NCBI GenBank assembly: GCA_038244085.1 | Contig: JBBRTX010000006.1 | Location: 20,891 to 84,890 of the forward strand | Origin: Bacteroidales bacterium | GTDB lineage: Bacteria; Bacteroidota; Bacteroidia; Bacteroidales; FEN-979 | Length of the DNA: 64,000 nt | Direction of reading: 5' to 3' | Shown: positions 26,452 to 35,758 of the stretch, piece after piece | How the letters are laid out: every line of letters begins with the position of its first letter | How positions within the stretch are numbered: the first letter of the stretch is position 1 | Notes under the pieces: model-generated | Seen by the model: the letters and a program-made list of their open reading frames with translations, nothing else | What the model was told of the DNA's origin: nothing | The model's database searches: none | Made by a program: the position numbers and the translations under genes

Positions 26452-28260
26452 ATGATAGAATCCTTATTAGCAGCAAAGACCGCAGAGGCCATCCGGCTTT
26501 TATACGGACAGGAAATTCCCGCCGAATCCATCAATATCGAAAAAACCCGGAAAGAAATCCCAGGTGATTATACCCTCGTTGTTTTTCCTTTCCTGAAGAT
26601 CTCCCGTAAGTCACCACTGGAAACCGCTACCGCAATCGGGGCTTTCCTGAAAGATGAAATTCCTTATATCGCAAAGTTTGAAATCATCAACGGTTTTCTC
26701 AATATTTTCCTGTCCGATGAATTCTGGATTTCCTTTCTTCAAAAGGAAGCAACAGAGGCACACTTCGGGATGACCGCCGAAAAAGGAGAAGTCCCGGTAC
26801 TCATAGAATATTCCTCTCCGAATACCAATAAGCCCCTTCATCTCGGGCACATCAGGAACAACCTGCTTGGCTTCTCACTGGCCAGGATTCTCCAGGCCAA
26901 CGGGGAGAAGGTTTTCAAACTGAACCTGGTTAACGACCGGGGCATTCATATTTGTAAATCGATGCTTGCATACGAAAGATGGGGACTTAATGAGACGCCT
27001 GAAACATCAGGAATGAAAAGCGATCACCTCATCGGCAAATATTATGTCCTGTTTAATAAGAAATTCAAGGAAGAAGTAAAAGCATTGGTTCATCAGGGAA
27101 TCAAGGAGGAAGATGCCGAAAAACAGGCCCCCATGATGCTGGAAGCCCAGGAAATTTTGAGGAAATGGGAAGATCATGACCAGGAAACCCATGCACTGTG
27201 GCAAAAGATGAATAACTGGGCTTACGAAGGATTCGATCAAACGTATGCTAGACTGGGGATATCATTCGATAAGATCCAACATGAGAGTGATACCTATCTT
27301 TCGGGAAAATCGATTGTGATGAAAGGTCTTGAGGAGGGACATCTTCAGTCGAAGCCGGATGGAAGTGTATGGGCGGATCTCCGCGACGAAGGACTTGATG
27401 AGAAGCTGCTTTTGCGGTCCGATGGCACATCTGTTTATATGACGCAGGATCTGGGAACGGCAGAACTCCGCTTTAACGAATTTCATCCTTCCCGGATGAT
27501 CTATGTGGTGGGCAACGAACAGAATTATCATTTCGATGTACTGAAACGTATCCTGAAAAAACTCGGAAAACCTTGGGCTGAAAATATTTTTCATCTTTCT
27601 TATGGGATGGTTGAACTTCCGGAAGGGAAAATGAAATCGCGTGAAGGAACGGTAGTCGATGCAGATGACCTGATGGATGAGATGTATCAAACAGCTGAAG
27701 AAACCACCCGTGAATTGGGAAAGGTGAACGACTTTACGGAAGAAGAAGCCACGACGCTTTTCAATCAGATCGGTCTGGGTGCATTGAAATATTTTATCCT
27801 GAGGGTTGACCCCAGGAAAAATATGTTGTTTGACCCAAAAGAATCCATCGATTTTAATGGAAATACGGGACCATTCATTCAGTACACCCATGCAAGGATC
27901 CGGTCGTTACTGAGAAAAGCGCACGAATCAAACAGATGGACTGAGCAGGAAATGACCGGAGACGTTAATCGTGAGTTGTCTTTCATTGCACCCGGTGCAC
28001 AGGAGAAACAGCTTTTAAAGATTCTTTATCGTTTTCCGGAATCGGTTAAGGAAGCAGGGATTACTTACAGCCCTGCCATCATTGCAAATTATGTATATGA
28101 GCTTGCGAAAAGCTTCAACCAGTTTTACCAGGAAGTACCCGTTTTGAAAGAGGAAAAACCGGAACTGGTTTCGTTACGCCTTCTCCTTTCCTTTGCTACT
28201 GCAGAGGTGATCAGGAAATGCATGAATCTCCTTGGGATTGACGTACCCGAAAGAATGTAA
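26452..28260 (+). CDS. argS: Arginine--tRNA ligase
   Basis: SSPNTNKPLHLGHIRN (HIGH region) and a C-terminal DALR anticodon-binding region (YELAKSFNQFY). Confidence 0.92.
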   Translation: MIESLLAAKTAEAIRLLYGQEIPAESINIEKTRKEIPGDYTLVVFPFLKISRKSPLETATAIGAFLKDEIPYIAKFEIINGFLNIFLSDEFWISFLQKEATEAHFGMTAEKGEVPVLIEYSSPNTNKPLHLGHIRNNLLGFSLARILQANGEKVFKLNLVNDRGIHICKSMLAYERWGLNETPETSGMKSDHLIGKYYVLFNKKFKEEVKALVHQGIKEEDAEKQAPMMLEAQEILRKWEDHDQETHALWQKMNNWAYEGFDQTYARLGISFDKIQHESDTYLSGKSIVMKGLEEGHLQSKPDGSVWADLRDEGLDEKLLLRSDGTSVYMTQDLGTAELRFNEFHPSRMIYVVGNEQNYHFDVLKRILKKLGKPWAENIFHLSYGMVELPEGKMKSREGTVVDADDLMDEMYQTAEETTRELGKVNDFTEEEATTLFNQIGLGALKYFILRVDPRKNMLFDPKESIDFNGNTGPFIQYTHARIRSLLRKAHESNRWTEQEMTGDVNRELSFIAPGAQEKQLLKILYRFPESVKEAGITYSPAIIANYVYELAKSFNQFYQEVPVLKEEKPELVSLRLLLSFATAEVIRKCMNLLGIDVPERM

Positions 28261-28316
28261 ATTCCCTTTTGTAATTTGTGTACCACAATGGATTTCCATT
28301 GGGTTACACGAAAAAA

Positions 28317-28356
28317 AGAAGGGTGTCTCCGAATTCCGGGACACCCTTCTTTTTTG
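28317..28356. terminator. Bidirectional intrinsic terminator between argS and the convergent T9SS gene
   Basis: AGAAGGGTGTC / GACACCCTTCT stem flanked by A7 upstream and T6 downstream. Confidence 0.8.
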
Positions 28357-28385
28357 TAAGGTTAAAAACCTTGAAGCATTAATGA

Positions 28386-29978
28386 TTAGTTAATAACCAC
28401 TTTCTTTACAATAGATCCATCGGTCATAACCACTTTTACATTGTACAGGCCTGACTGTATGCTGGAAGTGTTAATGGTGAGTGAATTATTGTTGACTTTC
28501 TGGCTGAATACGATCTGGCCAAGGAGGTTATAAACCTGAACTTCTTTAATGGTGTTGTTTGCGTTAACATAAACAACATCTGTTGCAGGGTTCGGGCCAA
28601 CGGTAACCGTTGCCTTGGTAATTTCATTGATTCCAATTCCACCAACCTTGATATAACCGGTCTTGGTTAAGGTAGTATTCGGAGTGAAAGTATTCGAAAC
28701 GGTCAGAGAAACATTATAAAGTCCGCCAGCAGTGTATTGAATAGCAGGAGGTGTTTGTAATGTTGATGTGGCAGGAGTTCCACCCTGGAATGACCAGAGG
28801 TAAGTAGCAGCGCCTGTTGAAAGATTTGTAAATGTTGCTGTTCCGCCAAAGAGGATAGCTGTATCTGCTGTTTCGAAAGCAGGAACTGCCTGAACCAGGT
28901 TGTCGATGAATTTAAACATGCCACCAGTGGTTGCATCTGTGCTGAATGCACCGACCCATCCGGTCTGAGGATTAATCCATGATTCTGCAAGGAACTGGAT
29001 TCCATTGGTGTTCGGCATTTCAGCCCATGTATGTCCGCCATTGAAGGAATAAACAACGCCAGCAAGGCCATTGGTTGCATCAGCACCGGAAGCCACATAA
29101 GTGTTGGGTGATGTGGGTACATATTCAAGATCATTGGTATAAACAGTACCTACGGCTGTAACAGCAGTCCAGGTTGCACCACCATCAGATGATTCGGCAA
29201 GACCACCGGTTGTTGATGCACCTCTGTCCTGGGCTAAGCCATGCATGCCATCTTTGAAAGCGGGGGTGCAATAGATTGCACTCCATCCCGGAATAGCTGC
29301 GGCGGTCCAGTTGAGTCCCTTATCTACGCTCTTGTATATTCTTCCTTTGTTGGTTCCAAACCAGCTGGTATCACCAATCGAAGAGGTATAACCTACAACG
29401 CCGAATTCACCTGATACAGGGTTGGCAATCTGGGAACCAGGAACCAGGGTCCATGCAGCACCACCATTGTTGGTTGTATAAATTTCAAAGTCTCCGTTGA
29501 TGGGATCGCCCATACACCATCCATCATTTGCATTATAAAAATGAACGCAATTTGGGAAAGATGATGCATTGGCAAAAGTTGCGGTCGTTTGACGAGCCCA
29601 TGTAGTCCCTCCGTTGGAGGTTTTATAGATACCCATACCGGTTGTGGCACTTGCAGGCGGGAAAGCAACAATCCATGCAGTCTGATCATCAATTGCACTT
29701 ACCATGGCAAGTGCTAATGCGGAGATACCGGGAATGGTACCAGCTGTCCAAAGGGTTCCGCCATTGACAGTGCGGGTGAAATCTGTACAAGCACCAGCTG
29801 CATTTAAGCCATCATAAGCAACAGCCCAAACAACCGTTGAACTGACTGCATCCATATGACGGATACCTCTTGATGCGGCTGCGAATCCACTGGCCTGCTC
29901 AACAAATACATCTACCTGGGCAAATGTAACAATTGTTAATGCCAACATGGCGATTACGGAAAGTAATGTTCTTTTCAT
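28386..29978 (-). CDS. T9SS-secreted BNR/Ycf48-like beta-propeller plus PKD-domain protein
   Basis: Signal peptide and GG.TW blades (GGTLWTAG, GGTTWARQ, GGAAWTLV, GGATWTAV, GGHTWAEM). A PKD-like segment follows (FTNLSTGAATYLWSFQGG...YNVSLTVSN). The T9SS C-terminal domain is VGPNPATDVVYV...VYNLLGQIVFS...GLYNVKVV. Confidence 0.7.
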   Translation of the reverse strand: MKRTLLSVIAMLALTIVTFAQVDVFVEQASGFAAASRGIRHMDAVSSTVVWAVAYDGLNAAGACTDFTRTVNGGTLWTAGTIPGISALALAMVSAIDDQTAWIVAFPPASATTGMGIYKTSNGGTTWARQTTATFANASSFPNCVHFYNANDGWCMGDPINGDFEIYTTNNGGAAWTLVPGSQIANPVSGEFGVVGYTSSIGDTSWFGTNKGRIYKSVDKGLNWTAAAIPGWSAIYCTPAFKDGMHGLAQDRGASTTGGLAESSDGGATWTAVTAVGTVYTNDLEYVPTSPNTYVASGADATNGLAGVVYSFNGGHTWAEMPNTNGIQFLAESWINPQTGWVGAFSTDATTGGMFKFIDNLVQAVPAFETADTAILFGGTATFTNLSTGAATYLWSFQGGTPATSTLQTPPAIQYTAGGLYNVSLTVSNTFTPNTTLTKTGYIKVGGIGINEITKATVTVGPNPATDVVYVNANNTIKEVQVYNLLGQIVFSQKVNNNSLTINTSSIQSGLYNVKVVMTDGSIVKKVVIN

Positions 29979-30139
29979 AGTTTAGAAATTTTGATTAGTT
30001 ACTAATGTTTTTACAAACTTACATTTTTTTTAAAGAATGTGCAAAAAAAAGAAGAAATGTCTTCTTTGTTAGTCCTGCAAACCTACATCATTTTTTTTAA
30101 TGATGCATAGGGTTTGGAGAAAAAACTAAGTAAAATTCG

Positions 30140-30147
30140 TAAATTTG
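30140..30147 (+). promoter_or_regulatory. -7 promoter box (TAAATTTG) for the ffh-folD-queE unit
   Basis: TAnnTTTG, 62 nt upstream of the ffh ATG. The leader contains a GGGCAT/ATGCCC hairpin (30165-30179). Confidence 0.5.
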
Positions 30148-30208
30148 CACCTTTCAAATCTGAAGGGCATCAAATGCCCGGGAATAATAATCATCAGGAG
30201 AAAAATTT

Positions 30209-31543
30209 ATGTTTGAAGGTTTAACCGATAAACTTGACAGGGCTTTTAAGTTGCTGAAAGGGCAAGGTCACATCACCGAAATCAATGTGGCAGAAACTTT
30301 GAAGGATGTTCGTAAAGCACTGCTCGATGCCGATGTCAGCTTTAAGATTGCCAAACAGCTTACCGATCAGATCAAGGAAAAAGCGCTGGGACAAAATGTA
30401 TTGACCTCTGTTTCCCCCGGGCAGCTTATGGTCAAGATCGTTCATGATGAATTGGCGGAGTTGATGGGTGGCGAGAAGACAGAACTGAATATAAAAGGTG
30501 ATCCGACCATCGTTCTCATTGCAGGATTGCAAGGATCAGGAAAAACGACTTTTGCTGCCAAGCTGGCCAATTATCTCAAAACAAAAAAGGGACGAAAACC
30601 CTTATTGGTAGCTGGCGACGTTTATCGTCCTGCCGCGATCGAGCAGTTGAAAATATTGGGCGAACAGATCGGTGTGGATGTATTTACCGAAGAAGGCAGC
30701 AAGGAACCCGTAAAAATTGCCAAGAATGCCATCAGTCATGCAAAAGAATGGGGATTTAATGTGGTGATCATTGATACCGCTGGTCGTCTTGCCATCGATG
30801 AGGAGATGATGAAAGAAATCTCCGCTGTGAAAAAGGCAGTTAATCCCCAGGAAACCTTATTCGTGGTTGACGCAATGACCGGCCAGGATGCAGTGAATAC
30901 AGCCAAGGCATTCAATGACCTGCTTGATTTCGAAGGTGTGGTCCTTACAAAATTGGATGGCGATACCCGGGGAGGTGCAGCACTTACCATTAAGGCCGTG
31001 GTAAATAAACCCATTAAGTTTGTCGGTATCGGGGAAAAAATGGAAGCCATTGATGTCTTTTACCCGGAGCGAATGGCCGATCGTATTCTCGGAATGGGCG
31101 ACATCGTTTCACTTGTTGAAAAGGCCCAGGAGCAGTTTGATGAAGTGGAAGCACAGAAACTGCACAAGAAAATCGCCAAAAACCAGTTTAATTTTGATGA
31201 TTTCCTCACCCAGATCAAGCAGATCAAGAAAATGGGGAACGTGAAAGACCTCATCGGCATGCTTCCCGGTATGGGAAAAGCTTTGAAGGATACCGAAATC
31301 GATGACAATGCATTTAAAGGAATCGAGGCGATCATCTATTCGATGACCCCTGAAGAAAGAAATGAACCAGCCATCCTTAACGGCAGCCGCCGTAAAAGGA
31401 TTGCTACGGGAAGTGGCACCACTATACAGGAAGTGAACCGCCTGATCAAACAATTTGAAGATACCCGGAAGATGATGAAGATGGTGACTACCAACAAAGG
31501 CAGGGGCATGGCCAACATGATGAGAAACATGCGTAATAGTTAA
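30209..31543 (+). CDS. ffh: Signal recognition particle protein Ffh
   Basis: GLQGSGKTT, DTAGR and TKLDGD GTPase motifs, and a Met-rich M domain. Confidence 0.93.
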   Translation: MFEGLTDKLDRAFKLLKGQGHITEINVAETLKDVRKALLDADVSFKIAKQLTDQIKEKALGQNVLTSVSPGQLMVKIVHDELAELMGGEKTELNIKGDPTIVLIAGLQGSGKTTFAAKLANYLKTKKGRKPLLVAGDVYRPAAIEQLKILGEQIGVDVFTEEGSKEPVKIAKNAISHAKEWGFNVVIIDTAGRLAIDEEMMKEISAVKKAVNPQETLFVVDAMTGQDAVNTAKAFNDLLDFEGVVLTKLDGDTRGGAALTIKAVVNKPIKFVGIGEKMEAIDVFYPERMADRILGMGDIVSLVEKAQEQFDEVEAQKLHKKIAKNQFNFDDFLTQIKQIKKMGNVKDLIGMLPGMGKALKDTEIDDNAFKGIEAIIYSMTPEERNEPAILNGSRRKRIATGSGTTIQEVNRLIKQFEDTRKMMKMVTTNKGRGMANMMRNMRNS

Positions 31544-31554
31544 ATCAGGATTTT

Positions 31555-32439
31555 ATGGAATTATTGGATGGAAAACTGATTGCCAGCCAGATCAAAGCGG
31601 AGATCGCAAAAGAAGTCAAAAGTACCATGCTCGATAAGGGGATCAATACTCCCCATCTTGCTGCCATACTTGTGGGTGAAGATCCGGCAAGCCAGAGTTA
31701 TGTGACCAGCAAGGAGCGATCTTGTAAAGAGGTGGGCTTCATCTCCTCTGTTTATAAATATGAGTCCAATATTTCTGAAAAGCATCTCCTTGAGGCCGTT
31801 GACTTTTTAAATAACGATCCTGAAGTAGACGGCTTCATCGTCCAGCTTCCGCTTCCCAAGCACATCAACGAACAGAACATCATTGAAAGAATCAAACCGT
31901 CGAAGGATGTTGACGGGTTTCACCCGGTAAACCTGGGACGAATGTTATTGAACATCCCGGGTTTCCTGCCAGCCACTCCCTTTGGCATCATGACTTTGCT
32001 GGAGAGATATAAAATCGAAACGGAAGGGAAGCATTGTGTGGTACTGGGAAGAAGCCATATCGTTGGTTCTCCCGTCAGCGTGCTGATGGCCAGGAAAACC
32101 AATCCCGGAAATTCCACCGTCACGCTTTGCCACAGTTTTACGAACAATATACCTGAAATCGCAGCAACAGCCGACATTCTTATCGTTGCCATCGGGAAAC
32201 AGGAATTCATCACTGCCGAAATGGTAAAAGAAGGTGCAGTGGTCATCGACGTTGGCATTCACCGGGTAACTACCACAGAAACCGAATCCGGTTTCAGGCT
32301 CAAAGGAGACGTTAAATTTGATGAGGTTTCCAAAAAATGCAGTTTTATCACTCCCGTTCCGGGAGGTGTCGGCCTGATGACCGTCGTATCTTTGTTGCAG
32401 AATACCTTAAAGGCCGCAAAAAAAGAATTTAATTATTAA
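31555..32439 (+). CDS. folD: Bifunctional methylenetetrahydrofolate dehydrogenase/cyclohydrolase
   Basis: LAAILVGEDPASQSYV, VQLPLP and GRSHIVG, with PGGVGLMTV near the C-terminus. Confidence 0.92.
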   Translation: MELLDGKLIASQIKAEIAKEVKSTMLDKGINTPHLAAILVGEDPASQSYVTSKERSCKEVGFISSVYKYESNISEKHLLEAVDFLNNDPEVDGFIVQLPLPKHINEQNIIERIKPSKDVDGFHPVNLGRMLLNIPGFLPATPFGIMTLLERYKIETEGKHCVVLGRSHIVGSPVSVLMARKTNPGNSTVTLCHSFTNNIPEIAATADILIVAIGKQEFITAEMVKEGAVVIDVGIHRVTTTETESGFRLKGDVKFDEVSKKCSFITPVPGGVGLMTVVSLLQNTLKAAKKEFNY

Positions 32440-32441
32440 TC

Positions 32442-33074
32442 TTGGACGAACAAACTAAAAAGCTTCTTGCCGAAGGCAAGGTGCTTCCCCTGATGGAGGA
32501 ATTTTATTCCCTGCAGGGAGAAGGCTACAATACCGGTAGTCCTGCCTATTTTACACGGATTGGCGGCTGTGATGTAGGTTGCCGCTGGTGCGACATACCT
32601 GAATCATGGGATGCGGATAAATATCCTCCGGTTTCCGTGGACGGAATCATCGAAAGGGCTTCGGGTTTCCCGGCCAAAGCAATTGTCGTCACAGGCGGTG
32701 AACCACTCCTGTATAATCTTGATTATTTCTGCAAAGGCCTTCATGAGAAAGGTGTGAAGACTTTTCTTGAAACTTCCGGCTCATCTCCGTTGAGTGGAAA
32801 ATGGGACTGGATATGTCTTTCGCCTAAAAAAGATGCACCTCCGCTTCCGGAAGTTCTTCAAGTAGCCAATGAACTGAAAGTAATCATTCAACAACCGGAA
32901 GATATTGATTGGGCAGAGGAAAATGCCATGAATGTTATGCCGGATTGTATGCGCTATCTGCAGCCTGAATGGAGCAGGCGTTCTGCTATCATCCCGGTCA
33001 TCGTAGGCTACATTGCCAATCATCCTTCCTGGAAAATTTCCCTTCAAAGCCATAAATACATGAGGATACCTTAA
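32442..33074 (+). CDS. queE: 7-carboxy-7-deazaguanine synthase (radical SAM)
   Basis: EEFYSLQGEG...FTRIGGCDVGCRWCD (a QueE-type CX14CX2C-like cluster). The TTG start lies 2 nt after the folD stop, and the conserved N-terminus precedes any ATG. Confidence 0.75.
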   Translation: MDEQTKKLLAEGKVLPLMEEFYSLQGEGYNTGSPAYFTRIGGCDVGCRWCDIPESWDADKYPPVSVDGIIERASGFPAKAIVVTGGEPLLYNLDYFCKGLHEKGVKTFLETSGSSPLSGKWDWICLSPKKDAPPLPEVLQVANELKVIIQQPEDIDWAEENAMNVMPDCMRYLQPEWSRRSAIIPVIVGYIANHPSWKISLQSHKYMRIP

Positions 33075-33101
33075 AGAAGAGGTCATAAAACAAAGATTGA
33101 A

Positions 33102-35051
33102 ATGATGATACATCTGCCAATATCTTTATCCCGTCTTCTGCTATTTTGTCTTATCCTGCCGGCTCACCTATTGCAGGCTCAGGTTAAACCTACCACAACG
33201 ACCTCCAAAAGAGCTGAAAAATATTTCATGGATGCCCAGGACTATTATTATGGCAGGGACAACCGCCAGGCCTTGGATGCTTTGGAGAAAGCGTTGAAAG
33301 ACGATCCGCAATTCGTGGAAGCCTGGATGCTTCAGGGAGAGTTGCTGGTCGAAGCTGATCGCACCGAAGAAGCAATAACCTCCTACAAGAGAGCTGCAAC
33401 GATCCAACCGGATTTTTTCCCGCCTTTGTACTTCCGGACTGCCTCTCTTGAACTAAGGGTCGGGAAATATTCGGATGCCCGGGAAGATATTACCCGCTTT
33501 CTGAAATACCCCAAAATTCCTCCAGACCTGGTTGCAAAGGCGAAAGCCGCCTTGAAAACGGCTGAATACGGCGTCTGGGCCGTGGCACATCCCGTTCCTT
33601 ATAATCCGGTGAATCTTGGCGACAGTGTGAATACAAAGGATGATGAATATGTGAATGCGATCACGGCGGATGAACAGAAACTCTATTTTACCCGGTTGAT
33701 ACCTGTCAGGGCCGATCAGCCGGAACTAAGAGAAGAAGATTTTTACGTTTCCGCAAAATGTGACACCGTATGGTGTAAGGCCAGGGACATGGGAAGCCCT
33801 ATTAATACCCGCGGTAACGAAGGAGCGATTTCCATTTCTCCTGATGGGCAATTCCTTTTTTTTGCCGCCTGTAACCGTGAGGATGGATTTGGAAGCTGCG
33901 ATATTTACGGAGCGAGAAAACAGGGCGAAAACTGGAGTGTCCCGCAAAACCTGGGACAGGTAGTAAATTCCCCGTCCTGGGATTCACAACCTTCCTTTTC
34001 TTCAGATGGAAAGACCCTTTATTTTGCCAGCAAACGGCCAGGGGGAAAAGGCAGTTCGGATATCTGGAGTACAGAACTGCAGGTGGATGGCTCTTGGACA
34101 GTCCCCATCAACTTGGGCGATTCAATCAATACTCCCTTTGAAGAGATGGCGCCTTTTATCCATCCGGATGACCAGACGCTGTATTTCTCCTCAAGAGGGC
34201 ACCAGGGGCTGGGAGGTCAGGATCTTTTTTGTTCCAGAAGAGATGTGAACAGAAACTGGCGAAAACCTTTTAATCTGGGGTACCCGATCAACTCATCTTC
34301 TGATGAGATTACACTGATTGTAAAACCATCAGGAGACCTGGCCTATATATCTTCTGATAAACTCGGGGGAAAAGGTAGGCAGGATATTTACGCTTTTCCG
34401 TTGTACAAAGAAGCACAGCCGTTGAAATCAACCTATTTTAAAGGTGTTGTTTATGATAAAGCCACGAAACAACGGTTGCTGGCTGTCTTCGAGCTGGTTG
34501 ATCTTTCGACAGGCCGCCTGATAACAAGAGCCAACTCAGATCCGGTTACTGGTGAGTTCCTTTTATCACTGCCTACAGGAAAAGATTATGCACTGAGCGT
34601 TTCCAGGCAGGGTTATCTTTTTTACTCGGATAATTTCGCCCTTCAGGGAGATATTTCCCTTACAAAGCCTTTCATCAAGGATGTTCCGTTGCAGAAGATA
34701 CAAACAGGGGAGAAGGTGGTGTTAAGAAATATCTTCTTTGATACGGATAAATACAATTTAAAACAGGAATCCGTCATTGAAATAGATAAACTGGTTGCCT
34801 TTCTGAAAACCAACCCTTCACTCCATATTGAAATCAATGGACATACCGATAACAAAGGCGGACCTGAATACAATCTCAGCCTTTCCAGGAACCGGGCAAA
34901 AGCAGTATATGATTTTCTTGTCAGCAAGGGAATTGCCCCGGAACGGCTTACCTATGTTGGATATGGTCTCACCCAGCCGGTTGATTCCAATGCTACAGAA
35001 GAGGGAAGGGCGAAAAACAGGAGAACGGAATTCACGGTGACGGGTAATTAA
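33102..35051 (+). CDS. OmpA-family protein with TPR, TolB-like WD40 repeats and a C-terminal OmpA peptidoglycan-binding domain
   Basis: Signal peptide, TPR-like N-terminus, and repeated SP.GK.LYF(AS) beta-propeller blades. The C-terminal sequence is NIFFDTDKYNL...INGHTDNKGGPEYNLSLSRNRAKAV...NRRTEF. Confidence 0.8.
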   Translation: MMIHLPISLSRLLLFCLILPAHLLQAQVKPTTTTSKRAEKYFMDAQDYYYGRDNRQALDALEKALKDDPQFVEAWMLQGELLVEADRTEEAITSYKRAATIQPDFFPPLYFRTASLELRVGKYSDAREDITRFLKYPKIPPDLVAKAKAALKTAEYGVWAVAHPVPYNPVNLGDSVNTKDDEYVNAITADEQKLYFTRLIPVRADQPELREEDFYVSAKCDTVWCKARDMGSPINTRGNEGAISISPDGQFLFFAACNREDGFGSCDIYGARKQGENWSVPQNLGQVVNSPSWDSQPSFSSDGKTLYFASKRPGGKGSSDIWSTELQVDGSWTVPINLGDSINTPFEEMAPFIHPDDQTLYFSSRGHQGLGGQDLFCSRRDVNRNWRKPFNLGYPINSSSDEITLIVKPSGDLAYISSDKLGGKGRQDIYAFPLYKEAQPLKSTYFKGVVYDKATKQRLLAVFELVDLSTGRLITRANSDPVTGEFLLSLPTGKDYALSVSRQGYLFYSDNFALQGDISLTKPFIKDVPLQKIQTGEKVVLRNIFFDTDKYNLKQESVIEIDKLVAFLKTNPSLHIEINGHTDNKGGPEYNLSLSRNRAKAVYDFLVSKGIAPERLTYVGYGLTQPVDSNATEEGRAKNRRTEFTVTGN

Positions 35052-35758
35052 GGGATCGAAACCGGATCCATTCTTCTTAAACGATAGCCTACTCCTGGTT
35101 CGGTGATCAGCAATTCAGGTAGTGACGGATCTTTCTCAATCTTTTTCCGGAGCTGGGCGATGTGAACCCTGAGAATCTGGGCATTGCTTGAGTAGGGATT
35201 GTTCCATACCTTCTGGCTGATGAAAGAATGCGTCAATACTTTTCCGGCATTCCGGGCAAATAAAGAAAGCAGAGAATATTCGGTGGCAGTAAGTTTAATC
35301 TCCTGCTGATTGAACTTAACAACCCGGTTATTCATATCCAGTACAAGTGGTCCGCTGGTGAAAACCGGTGATTCATCAAGCCGGAGCGAATGCCGGATGG
35401 CTACTCTTATTCTTGCCAGGAGTTCCCCTGTATTAAAGGGTTTGGTGACATAATCATCTGCCCCTGAATCAAGCGCAGCAATCTTAGTGTTTTCATCATC
35501 GCGAACGGTCAGAACAATGACTGGTAGATTGGACCAGCTTCTTAACCGCTGCAATACCTCCAGCCCGTCCTCATCAGGGAGTCCGAGGTCGAGAAGAACC
35601 ACATCCGGTCGGTTCATGGATACAGATAATACACCATCCCTCGCATTCCCTTCTTCGAAAACCCTGTATTCATTGGCTTCGAGTGTCATCCTTAATAACC
35701 TCCTGATCGGGGGCTCATCATCGATGATCAGAACTTTATATTTCCTGTTGTTGTCCAT
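35048..35758 (-). CDS. kdpE: OmpR-family response regulator, KdpE-like
   Basis: KVLIIDDEPPIRRLL receiver domain and a winged-helix output domain (LTATEYSLLSLFARNAGKVLTHSFISQKVWN...GVGYRL). It is translationally coupled to a KdpD-like kinase. Confidence 0.7.
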   Translation of the reverse strand: MDNNRKYKVLIIDDEPPIRRLLRMTLEANEYRVFEEGNARDGVLSVSMNRPDVVLLDLGLPDEDGLEVLQRLRSWSNLPVIVLTVRDDENTKIAALDSGADDYVTKPFNTGELLARIRVAIRHSLRLDESPVFTSGPLVLDMNNRVVKFNQQEIKLTATEYSLLSLFARNAGKVLTHSFISQKVWNNPYSSNAQILRVHIAQLRKKIEKDPSLPELLITEPGVGYRLRRMDPVSIP

